A stretch of DNA of 64,000 nucleotides from Planctomycetota bacterium (GTDB lineage Bacteria; Planctomycetota; UBA8108; UBA1146), in the NCBI GenBank assembly GCA_036338595.1, contig JAYZBV010000015.1, positions 2,739-66,738 on the forward strand, in the 5' to 3' direction. A program made the position numbers and the translations under genes. The stretch's first letter is position 1; each line of letters opens with the position of its first letter. Below the pieces are notes generated by a model that saw only the letters and a program-made list of their open reading frames with translations, had not been told where the DNA came from and ran no database searches. This document shows, in pieces, positions 30,771-39,954 of the stretch.

Positions 30771-31289
30771 GATCTGCATCGCCTTGCCCTGCTACTTCCT
30801 CTGATCTGTCCCTGCTGACCCGCATCGAGGCAGAGACTCCCATCTGGACCTCATCATCGGTAACAAATACCGAGGTCCGGCAGCAATTGCCGCAAATCCT
30901 CGATCGATACGACGGAATCCTTCGGCATGAGGGGCGAGCTAGCCACGCGGGTAAGTTTGTAAACGCTGTTGTCTATAGACAGGATTGACAATGAGTGATA
31001 CGGTCGAGGTTCGAGGACAGGAGTCCCGACACGACTCCCCAGCACCACCGGATTCAAACCCGGCATGTCCTACCTCTTCCTGCGCCACATAACCGGCAAT
31101 TGTTGTCGGGCTGATCGGTGGATCTGCTCTCCCCTGGAGCGATTCCTGTGCCGCCTGACTTGTTTACATACATTTTGTTAATTCCCCCCCTTTATCGGAG
31201 TTGTTCCGTGAGGACAGGACCAGGGAAGAAAGGCCCCCCTGACCGACTGGCAACTTCGAAGTGTCCCCAGGAGACGAGGAGAGATAGTG

Positions 31290-33122
31290 ATGAACCGCAG
31301 TCTCAAGCGCCTTCGCAGCGCACTGCTCGCGGTACTTTTCACCGTGATCGGTACCCATGCCTTCGCACAGAATTCACTGACCATCACAGATGGACAGTCG
31401 GCAGGACTCGCTTCCGAGACATTGAGCGTCCTCATGGATGCCGATGATTCGGTCGAGGGTTTCGTTCTAGCCATCACCTTTGACAGTGCCTTGCTGTCGG
31501 TGAGCGACATTGTCGCAGGATCTGCTACTCTTGCAGCTTCTGCAGAGTTGATCGTTCCGGAAACTCTTCCGGGCGGTTTCACGCTTGGAGTCGTTGTGGA
31601 TGCGACTGCACCATTTGACGGCCAGGAAATATCTGCCGGTACGGATCTGCAGATTGCGGCCTTCACGCTCACACCCCAGACCATCGTGACAACGGATACT
31701 CAGAGCGCCGTTGAGTTTTCAGACGGTGTTTTGAACAATCCGCCGCTGTCCAATCTGCTGGTGCAGAATGGTCAGAGTATCGATGCCTCCAGTGGCCTCG
31801 GACTCAACAACGGAACGATGACTCTGCTTCCTCCTCCTCCTGACAGCATGCGCATCGAGTCGATTTCGTTCGATTCCGATTCCTCGGGTGCGGCTCGCGT
31901 TCTGCTCTCCAACTCCAGTGGAGCAGTTCAGGGATTCGTTCTCGCTGTTGCACATGATTCGGCAGTGGTGACACTCCAGGGGATCACCCTTGGTGCAGAG
32001 ACCCTCGCTGCCGGCGCTGAACTGGTCGTTCCTGAGTTGTACTCCAACGGTGGAACTCTTGGAGTGGTGCTCGATTTCGAGAGCCCGTTCGATGGCCAGA
32101 GCATTCCGACAGGAGATGACAACCACATCGCCAGTTTCAGCTACTCGTCCAACTCGGTCATCGAGAATCCGGACCCATCGGTATTCACTTCTGTCGACCT
32201 CGTCGACAACCAGCTCGGAAGCCCCTTGCTGGACAATGTGATCGTGGTTTCGGGCCTTTCCATCAGCCCCTCTCTTGAGGGCGGAACCCTGGAGTTGCTG
32301 GGAATCACGATCCCGGTCAACGACACGGCGTTCTACATCGGTCAGCGGGACTTCCCGGAGACCGGTACCAATGGTGGACTGGGTTTCCCCGGCCAGGAGA
32401 TCGAGTTCTGTTTCTTCTACAGCGATCCGAACGACAACATTCAGGGTGTCCAGATGGCCGTCTGCTACGACGACCTGATTCTGATCGACGGTACCTTCAC
32501 CATTGAAGGTTCCATCGCTGACGAACTGGGTGCTGAATTTGTCAACTACCAGATCGATAACGATGACAACGACGGTGACGGCCGCGAGCTGGTCGCCGGT
32601 ATTCTCATGGACGCTCTTCCACCCTTCGAGAACCAGCAGCTCCCTTCCACGGTCGAGCCGCTGATGATCGCCTGCGTGCAGGCTGAAGTTGACAGTGGAG
32701 CGGCTTGTGGTGATACGTTCAGCATCGATTTCTGCGACGGAATCAATGGAAACGGCATGGTCCCGATCAACAACCTCGTTGTTATCGAGTACCAGTCGGT
32801 TCAGTCCTTCGAGCGCTACGGTGCCACCTACGAGATCATTCCAGTTCCCGCTTTCCAGCGTGGCGACTGCAACACCGATACGAAGGTCGACCTCGCCGAC
32901 GCAGCCACTGTGATCGCCAGCCAGTTCCAGGGATACGAGGTCGGATGCCTCGACGCCTGTGACGCCAATGACGATTCAGTAATAAACCTTGCAGATTCTG
33001 TTTACCTGCTCAACTTCCTGTTCAAGTTCGGTCCCACGCCTCCGGCGCCGGGTCCTTACACGCCGGGTGCTGACCCGACAGAGGATGACCTCGATTGCAC
33101 TCTTCCGGCGTCTTGTAACTAA
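31290..33122 (+). CDS. Secreted type A protein A4: three cohesin-like domains plus a dockerin-like domain
   Basis: Signal peptide ending AFA-Q; GFTLGVVVD, GGTLGVVLDF, MDALPPF, FQRGDCNTDTKVDLAD..DACDANDD; start is GTG 31287 or ATG 31290. Confidence 0.8.
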   Translation: MNRSLKRLRSALLAVLFTVIGTHAFAQNSLTITDGQSAGLASETLSVLMDADDSVEGFVLAITFDSALLSVSDIVAGSATLAASAELIVPETLPGGFTLGVVVDATAPFDGQEISAGTDLQIAAFTLTPQTIVTTDTQSAVEFSDGVLNNPPLSNLLVQNGQSIDASSGLGLNNGTMTLLPPPPDSMRIESISFDSDSSGAARVLLSNSSGAVQGFVLAVAHDSAVVTLQGITLGAETLAAGAELVVPELYSNGGTLGVVLDFESPFDGQSIPTGDDNHIASFSYSSNSVIENPDPSVFTSVDLVDNQLGSPLLDNVIVVSGLSISPSLEGGTLELLGITIPVNDTAFYIGQRDFPETGTNGGLGFPGQEIEFCFFYSDPNDNIQGVQMAVCYDDLILIDGTFTIEGSIADELGAEFVNYQIDNDDNDGDGRELVAGILMDALPPFENQQLPSTVEPLMIACVQAEVDSGAACGDTFSIDFCDGINGNGMVPINNLVVIEYQSVQSFERYGATYEIIPVPAFQRGDCNTDTKVDLADAATVIASQFQGYEVGCLDACDANDDSVINLADSVYLLNFLFKFGPTPPAPGPYTPGADPTEDDLDCTLPASCN

Positions 33123-33177
33123 CAACCGAACTAGGAACCCATAGAAAAGGACTTCCACACGGAAGTGGAGTAAGACA

Positions 33178-34482
33178 ATGAAAACAACCAAAGTTGCTCT
33201 CACCCTTGCCTTCGCGCTCCTGTTCGGAGCCCCGGCAATCGCACAGTACGACCTGACGCTCTCGAGCGCCTCCGGTGCCCCCGGATCCAGCGCAGACATT
33301 CAGGTCCTGCTGGACAACAACGGCGACGACATTCAGGGCTGGTCCTTCGGGGTCTGCCATGATGGCCTCGCTCTCAGCCTGACGGCTGTTGTCGACGGAG
33401 CCACCACCTCGACCGTGAAGAACGGTGGACCGCCTGACTTCAACCAGGTCAATGTGTTGGCTGCTGAGGGATTCACAGTCGGAGTTGTGATCTGTTTCAC
33501 AGGCTGCGCTGTACTGCCTACTGCCACCACCGGCAACGAGTTGAATGTCGCCACCTACGATTTGATCGGCGCCGCCGGAACCACCACGGATGTGGAATAC
33601 TGTTCCACCATCGGTAGTCCTGCGGTCGAGATCCTGGTCGTGGTCGGTGGACAATCGATTCTTCCCTCGACATCCTCCGGCACCATCGAGTTGGTCTCCG
33701 GACCGCCACCCTTCGACTTCAGTACTGGGGATTACTCGCAAGATTATGACGGACTCACTGGTGAAGCTACTGTTTCGATCAGCCCGATGATTACCGAGAA
33801 TCCGGATAACCCCGGTTTCCCCAACGATACCCAGGGATTTTCCATGGGTCTGTCGCACGATAGTGCAGTGCTGTCCCTTGACTCGGTGGTATGGAACAGC
33901 GCACTCGGATTTGACCCGGACTTCGCGAATGGGGACATGGGACTGGCCGGCGGCTGGACCATCGGAGTGGTGTACAGTTTCACAGGTCAGAATACTCTCG
34001 CCTTCGAGACTGCCACCGCGGTACTACTCGTTGACTACAGCACCGTTGCTTCTGGCCTCATTGACCTCGAGACTCCGACGACCACGCCACTGGCCTGGTC
34101 CAACGACCTCGGATCCCCCCCGGTTGTGAACATCGTCGTGGTAGGCGGCAACAGTCTTGATCCGTCTCTCACGGATGGAACTGTGACCCTGAACCCGACT
34201 TACGCTCCGCCTGACACTCCGTTCGTCCGTGGCAACTGCAACGGCGACGATCGTGTAGACATCGCCGACGGTATCTGGATCCTCAACGAGATGTTCCAGA
34301 GCGGACCCGCTGGCACCTGCGCAGAGGCGTGCGATGCCAACTCTGACGACATGACCGATACCGCGGATGCAATCTTCGTGATCAGCTACCGGCTGCTCAG
34401 CGGCCCGATGCCCACTGCTCCGTTCCCGGAGTGTGGAATCGAAGAGGGAGCAGACTGCGAATCTGCTTCCAACTGCCCCTAA
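33178..34482 (+). CDS. Secreted type B protein B5
   Basis: Signal peptide ending AIA-Q; GWSFGVCHD, VVICFTGC, FPNDTQGFSMGLSHD, FVRGNCNGDDRVDIAD. Confidence 0.8.
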   Translation: MKTTKVALTLAFALLFGAPAIAQYDLTLSSASGAPGSSADIQVLLDNNGDDIQGWSFGVCHDGLALSLTAVVDGATTSTVKNGGPPDFNQVNVLAAEGFTVGVVICFTGCAVLPTATTGNELNVATYDLIGAAGTTTDVEYCSTIGSPAVEILVVVGGQSILPSTSSGTIELVSGPPPFDFSTGDYSQDYDGLTGEATVSISPMITENPDNPGFPNDTQGFSMGLSHDSAVLSLDSVVWNSALGFDPDFANGDMGLAGGWTIGVVYSFTGQNTLAFETATAVLLVDYSTVASGLIDLETPTTTPLAWSNDLGSPPVVNIVVVGGNSLDPSLTDGTVTLNPTYAPPDTPFVRGNCNGDDRVDIADGIWILNEMFQSGPAGTCAEACDANSDDMTDTADAIFVISYRLLSGPMPTAPFPECGIEEGADCESASNCP

Positions 34483-34517
34483 GCGAGAGAATCCAGGCTC
34501 TCCTGGACACACGGGAA

Positions 34518-34552
34518 GGTCCGATGCGGTTCGCCGCATCGGACCGTTTTTT
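34518..34552 (+). terminator. Intrinsic terminator after B5
   Basis: ggtccgatgcgg-ttcg-ccgcatcggacc followed by gtttttt. Confidence 0.9.
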
Positions 34553-34585
34553 GTGTGCGGGTTGGCCGGATAACCTGGACCTGTA

Positions 34586-34613
34586 TTGACGCTGGAATGG
34601 ATCTGGATACGAT
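34586..34613 (+). promoter_or_regulatory. Candidate sigma70 promoter for the large lipoprotein gene
   Basis: TTGACG-16-TACGAT immediately after the B5 terminator. Confidence 0.5.
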
Positions 34614-34805
34614 GGAGGTAGCCTCGGGGATCACGCAACCGCCGGGTCTTGCCTGACATTCCTTCCGGAAGCTCCATCGTCGACGACCAGTCGAGACGGC
34701 CTGTGGTGCCGTGTCTCCAGGTTGTCAGAACCCGGTTTCATTTCAACCGGGAGAACCACAGGGTTTGGTATATCCGAGCCCGAGAACGACGACGGAGGCC
34801 GATCG

Positions 34806-37800
34806 ATGAAGATCGCCCTGATGAAAACACTCATGCTGCCGATGCTGGCGATGTTGCTGGTCACGATCGGCTGCACCAATGCTCCCTCTGTGCCCTTCAC
34901 CACTCCTTCCGATGGAGCCTTCAATGTGCCGGTAGGCACTGCCATCGAGGTGGCATTTTCCACTGCGATGGACTCTGCTTCGGCAACAGATCCTGCCAAC
35001 TGGAGTATCCAGGCATCTCTTTCAGGAGTTCACTCTGCGGTGGGGGCACTGGATGCCGACCTGAGGGTTCTGACTCTGACTCCTGACGCACCCTTCCTCC
35101 AGGGAGAAACGGTCACCGTCAGCATCTCCGATGGAGTCAAGACTTCGGTGAACATTCCCATCGATCCGATCTCAATCCAGTTCACCATCGAGGGAGCCGG
35201 GGCATCATCCGACGACTTCGAGCCATCGGATGACGAGTTCAGTCTGTTTCAACTGAACCCGACAACCGGATCCGCCTCGATTCCGCTTCGTCCTTCGGTG
35301 ACTGCTACATTTGATCTTCCATATCAGACAACGAGTGCCTCTTCTGCGGTGACCGTTCATGGCACGAGGACCGGATGGAGGGATGTCCAGCTCGCCTTCC
35401 CCGGGCAGGTCGGTGGACTCACTGATTCGCTGCAGGTGCTGATCCCCGGAAATTCTCCGGAGCTCCATCCAGGAGAGTGGATGCAGGTGGTGTTCAATTC
35501 CAAATTGCTTTCCGAGATCCAGCACGATGAAGATGAACCCCGCTTCCTGAACCCTTATGTGGCACGTCTCCGTGCTCGCCTGGGCCATGCGACCGGAGGC
35601 CTCGGGCCTCGTGAAGCGGTGTCTGCAGTGGGTACCGATCCGGTACTACTCGCGGAACTGGGTGAGTTCCTGCCCTACAGCGGGCTCGAGATGGTGGTCC
35701 TGCACAATTCTGGCTCGATTAAACTGCTGCGCAGTGGCGCGAGCGGCGAGGCATCTGCATGGACACTCCAGTCCGAGATGCAACTCGATTCCGCTCCGAT
35801 TGCTGGAATGATCGTCGATATCGATGCCGATTCCCGTACAGAAGCTTTGATTTCCTGCGCCGACGGAACGATTCGGATTGTAGGAGTACAAGGACAGGAT
35901 CTGATCGAGGAGCAGGATCCGATCGACCTTCAGGGTGCGCTGATCGAGGTTCTTGCCTGGGCGGAACTCAACGGCGATGGTGTACCCGATCTCCTCGCTG
36001 GAGCGGCCGACGGATTGCGAATCATCCGCATGATCAGGAGCATCGACCCCGATACTTTTGAACTCATCGAGGAATTCACCGTGACCGGTTTATTGCCGCT
36101 CGGGGGACCTGTCGAATCGATCGCGGTCGCAGACTTCGATCGTGACGGTCGTATCGATGCTCTTGTCTCTGCAGGTGATGGATACTTGCTGCGCGGAGCG
36201 GGCACCGGGGCATTTCTCGAGGCGGCTCTCCTTTCGCCTGCACCTCAGGGAGAAGTTTGCATCGGTGATGTAGATGGCGATGGATGGATCGATGCAGTGG
36301 CCATTGCGGCCAGTGGCCTGACGATTCACCTGCATCCAGGGACTCTTCCAGAGCAATCCTGGGAGGGCATCCCGTATCTCACCGGTGGGCTGGTTCAGGA
36401 CCTCGCTGTCGGTGAGGTCGACGGAGATCCTGTAGCCATCGATGACATCGTGGTGCTCCAGAGCGGCACGCTCGATCCTCTGACACTGATTCGACGACTC
36501 TCTGCCGACCTGGGCGATTCGGAACTGGTTTCGCTCGATTACAGCCAGGACCCCGGTGCAGGATCGATCCTGCTGGCAGACAGCGATGGCGATCATGGCA
36601 CCGATATTCTGCTTCAACTGTCTCAATCCGAGCCCTCTGGCGCACTTGCGTTGTGGAGGTCCGCAGCGGTGGTCAGTGCCGATGATTCGCAGTTGATCTT
36701 CAGTCTTCCTGCGCAGGTGACGGTGGGCCCTGGAGTGCCAGAGGTTGAAATCCCGCTCACCGCAGATTTCGAGCAGGATGTGACCCAGTTCATCGTTGCC
36801 ATCGAGTTTGATCAGGAACTGCTGCAGATCGTCAGAATCGAGGCGGATCCAGCGACCTTCCCCTACGGGGCGGTAAATATTGTCGAACACTTCGACCAGG
36901 AAAATGGAATCGCGGCTGCAGAACTCGACATCAACGGATACTTGCCCGCAGGCAATGGCACTCCACTGGCGCGAATCGTTTTCCAACCGCAACCGAGCAT
37001 GCTCGGTGAGGCGGTATACCAGCTGGCGGACGGGCTCGACATCGATGGCACTCCCTGGTCCAATCAGGCAATTCTGAATACAGATGGCGCCCTCATTGCG
37101 GCAGAAATCTCAGGCGCCCAAGGCATCGTTTCCATCGAATCGACGACCCCTTCTCCAGAGGACCTGAGTTGCCTTGCTGTCTCGGTCGGAGGAATCGACG
37201 AGGTGATTCTCGAGTGGGCAAACCCGATCTCATACGATTCTCAGAGCGGCATCGAGATCCACAAGAATGGTTCCTTGCTGGCGACGCTCACCGGAGCGAC
37301 GACCAGTTTCATCGATGAGGGTCCCGGCATCGGCACCATCGATTACTCCGTTGTCGGCGTTTCTGCAGGAATCGATTCCGTACCTGTCAGTTGCGAGGTC
37401 GTGCTGATTCCTGCACCGGTACTCCAGTGCCAGCGGCTCGTGAGTCTCCCGGAGCGAGTGTTTCTTTCCTGGGCATTTGTCGGAGGAACCTTCAGCTGGG
37501 AACTTCGCAGGGACGGAAACCTGATTGCCCAGTTGAACTCATCGATACTCACCTTCAATGACGACATCGATCTGAATGCCCACGATTACGAACTGCGCTC
37601 CATCCAGGCTGGCCAGCAGAGTTCAGTAGGTGCTCCCTGCAGCGTCACCGATGCCGGGGGAGCAGGAACAGTGGCTCCATCGGATGTTACGGCGGTGCTG
37701 ATCGGGGCTGACGATGTGAGGATCACCTGGTTCAACGGAGAATCGTACGACCAGATCGACCTGATGGCCGATGGTATCCTCATCACCAGCCTCCCTGGAA

Positions 37801-39824
37801 GCTCGACCGAATACGAGGCGAGCGATCAGTTCCCCGGTCCTGTGGTCTACTCCGTACAGGCTCTCGGTGATGGTGGTGCCAGTACCGTTGCAAACGCCGC
37901 TGAAGTGAATGTACCCCTGGCCCCTCCAACTTCCGTTCAGTGCGAATCGTCGGGTGCCATCGTGGACCTGTCGTGGCAGAACGGCCCGGAGTCCTTCGAC
38001 TACGACGAGATCGTGGTGGAGCGAACCGGAGGAGGATTCACCGATTTCTTCAATCTTGGCGGCACCGAAACGAGTTTTTCTGATGATGCTGGAGCCGGTG
38101 AGTGGAACTACACGGTCGTCGGTTACTACTTCCATCAAGGCGCCAATCACCCTGCCCCCGGTGCCGCTTGTAGCATCTCCATCAGCGAGCGAGTCTTTTA
38201 CGATCCGACCATCACTGTTGTCGGTAGGCCCTTCAGCATTGATCTCATGGGGCAATTGCTGGAACAGACATCTGGCTGGATGATCGAACTCGATTACGAC
38301 TCGACCCGCTTGGAGGACATTTCCGTGCTTGTACCGGGAGTGGCTCCTACGGGCGTCTCGACCACCGACGAGCCGCTCGGCACCTTTGCGGGATTGCGTA
38401 GACTCACGATCCAGGTCGAGGGTGCGTCTGCTTCTGCGTCGAGTTCTGCGATTCTGGCGACTCTTTCCGGTACCGTGCCCGGTGACTTCACGCTACTCGG
38501 GTCGGCTCTTTGTCACCTCGTCAGTGCAACGCTGGAGCCTTCATCCGGAGCCCCGGCGACATCTCCTGCGCTGTTCGACGGAGGCGTCAACGTCTCGGGA
38601 AATGCTCTGTTTGTCGAACCTGCGATTCTCAACCCCGGTGAAGAGGTTGTGGTGTGGGCGCGCGGTGTCTGGCAGCAAGATCTGACCGGATACAGCGTGG
38701 TTCTGCAGTGGGATCCTTCGATCCTGACCTGTCTCGAGGTCAGTAACATCGGCACGGTGGGTGAGGACCTGAGTGGGCCCTTCTCTGCCTTCTTCTCGGG
38801 GATCGATGCTTCCGCAGGGACAGCATTTGGTTCCGTCATCTCTGCCTTCGACAGTATCCCGTCGTCGCTCTCGGCTGAACTGGGGTACTTCAGGTTCCTC
38901 GTCTCTCCCTCGGCCCCTCAAGGCCTGAGAACCGAGGTATTCTTTGGCGAGCACCAGACAGCCAATTCCACTGTGACCAATCTTTTCGTCGATGATCAGG
39001 CAACCTCGATCACTCCGACAACCATGGGAGCCGAGTTCGAGGTGTTGTCCGATCCCCAGCCTCCAACGCTGCTCTCTATCGATCCAACTTCCGGTTCGAC
39101 CGCAGGTGGAACCGAGGTGCTTTTCAATGGAACCGGATTCACGTCGGATACGACGGTCTTCTTCGGCGATCAGTCCGCGAGCGCTGTGATCTTCATCGAT
39201 GCGGGTACGATACTCGCAACCACTCCCGCCGGGGCAGTCGGCAGCGTGGATGTTTCGGTGTTCACTACCTACGGCTCCGCAACCTTGCCTCAGGGGTTCA
39301 GTTACTTCGAGACCAGCATCGATGGCTTTGATCCGGCCGAGTCTCCGCTGTGTGGAATGATCGAGATGTCGGTCACGGGATCGGGCCTCCCCGCAGGTCT
39401 TGGAGTGCTCTTCGGAACAGAGCCCGCGACTTCCGTGGTGGTCAGTCCAGACGGAACCAGCGCAACGGTGGTGGTTCCCTCGTCCTATGATGCAGGACCA
39501 GTGGACCTGGTCTTCATCGACGGATTTGGTTCAGTGATGGAGACCTTCAGCGGCGGATTTACCTACATCGATGACGGCATCTTCTTGCGCGGGGATGTCA
39601 CCTGTGACGGCTCGGTGAACATCGCTGATGTCTCATCGATTGCCGCATATGTCGCAGGTGCAGGGGTCACTCCGGTGATCCTCGATGCAGCAGACATCGA
39701 CGACAATGGTGTGGTTCATATCGGCGACGCCGTGTTGTTGGCGAGTTTCCTCTTCTCTGGAGGAGCACCACCGGCGGCTCCGTTCCCCGATGCGGGAACC
39801 GATCCGACCCCCGACGGCCTCTAG
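34806..39824 (+). CDS. Large multidomain putative lipoprotein (Ig-like x2, FG-GAP/VCBS repeats, cohesin-like x3, FN3-like x4, IPT/TIG x2, dockerin-like)
   Basis: MLAMLLVTIG-C lipobox-like; TTPSDGAFNVPVGTAIEVAFS; DxDxDG repeats (ELNGDGVPDL, ADFDRDGRID, GDVDGDGWID); LxW.N..YD.I repeats; PTLLSIDPTSGSTAGGT; FLRGDVTCDGSVNIAD..DAADIDDNG. Confidence 0.78.
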   Translation: MKIALMKTLMLPMLAMLLVTIGCTNAPSVPFTTPSDGAFNVPVGTAIEVAFSTAMDSASATDPANWSIQASLSGVHSAVGALDADLRVLTLTPDAPFLQGETVTVSISDGVKTSVNIPIDPISIQFTIEGAGASSDDFEPSDDEFSLFQLNPTTGSASIPLRPSVTATFDLPYQTTSASSAVTVHGTRTGWRDVQLAFPGQVGGLTDSLQVLIPGNSPELHPGEWMQVVFNSKLLSEIQHDEDEPRFLNPYVARLRARLGHATGGLGPREAVSAVGTDPVLLAELGEFLPYSGLEMVVLHNSGSIKLLRSGASGEASAWTLQSEMQLDSAPIAGMIVDIDADSRTEALISCADGTIRIVGVQGQDLIEEQDPIDLQGALIEVLAWAELNGDGVPDLLAGAADGLRIIRMIRSIDPDTFELIEEFTVTGLLPLGGPVESIAVADFDRDGRIDALVSAGDGYLLRGAGTGAFLEAALLSPAPQGEVCIGDVDGDGWIDAVAIAASGLTIHLHPGTLPEQSWEGIPYLTGGLVQDLAVGEVDGDPVAIDDIVVLQSGTLDPLTLIRRLSADLGDSELVSLDYSQDPGAGSILLADSDGDHGTDILLQLSQSEPSGALALWRSAAVVSADDSQLIFSLPAQVTVGPGVPEVEIPLTADFEQDVTQFIVAIEFDQELLQIVRIEADPATFPYGAVNIVEHFDQENGIAAAELDINGYLPAGNGTPLARIVFQPQPSMLGEAVYQLADGLDIDGTPWSNQAILNTDGALIAAEISGAQGIVSIESTTPSPEDLSCLAVSVGGIDEVILEWANPISYDSQSGIEIHKNGSLLATLTGATTSFIDEGPGIGTIDYSVVGVSAGIDSVPVSCEVVLIPAPVLQCQRLVSLPERVFLSWAFVGGTFSWELRRDGNLIAQLNSSILTFNDDIDLNAHDYELRSIQAGQQSSVGAPCSVTDAGGAGTVAPSDVTAVLIGADDVRITWFNGESYDQIDLMADGILITSLPGSSTEYEASDQFPGPVVYSVQALGDGGASTVANAAEVNVPLAPPTSVQCESSGAIVDLSWQNGPESFDYDEIVVERTGGGFTDFFNLGGTETSFSDDAGAGEWNYTVVGYYFHQGANHPAPGAACSISISERVFYDPTITVVGRPFSIDLMGQLLEQTSGWMIELDYDSTRLEDISVLVPGVAPTGVSTTDEPLGTFAGLRRLTIQVEGASASASSSAILATLSGTVPGDFTLLGSALCHLVSATLEPSSGAPATSPALFDGGVNVSGNALFVEPAILNPGEEVVVWARGVWQQDLTGYSVVLQWDPSILTCLEVSNIGTVGEDLSGPFSAFFSGIDASAGTAFGSVISAFDSIPSSLSAELGYFRFLVSPSAPQGLRTEVFFGEHQTANSTVTNLFVDDQATSITPTTMGAEFEVLSDPQPPTLLSIDPTSGSTAGGTEVLFNGTGFTSDTTVFFGDQSASAVIFIDAGTILATTPAGAVGSVDVSVFTTYGSATLPQGFSYFETSIDGFDPAESPLCGMIEMSVTGSGLPAGLGVLFGTEPATSVVVSPDGTSATVVVPSSYDAGPVDLVFIDGFGSVMETFSGGFTYIDDGIFLRGDVTCDGSVNIADVSSIAAYVAGAGVTPVILDAADIDDNGVVHIGDAVLLASFLFSGGAPPAAPFPDAGTDPTPDGL

Positions 39825-39954
39825 CTTCGATCCCGGTCCAGATCCGGTCCTTGCAGGGCCCGGCCACCCTTTACCGGGTTGTCGGGCTCTTCATCATCGA
39901 GGATCTCTGTGATGCAGGTCAGTGGCAGTCAGTTCGAACCAGCAAGGCGTTTTC

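Noticed and set aside
18632-34482. Classical cellulosome or carbohydrate-degradation locus
   Set aside because: No glycoside hydrolase, lyase, esterase or peptidase motifs are recognisable in any array member
18632-39824. Diversity-generating retroelement, invertase shufflon or prophage as the source of the paralogs
   Set aside because: No reverse transcriptase, recombinase, integrase or phage genes; differences between paralogs are mostly synonymous and not obviously adenine-specific
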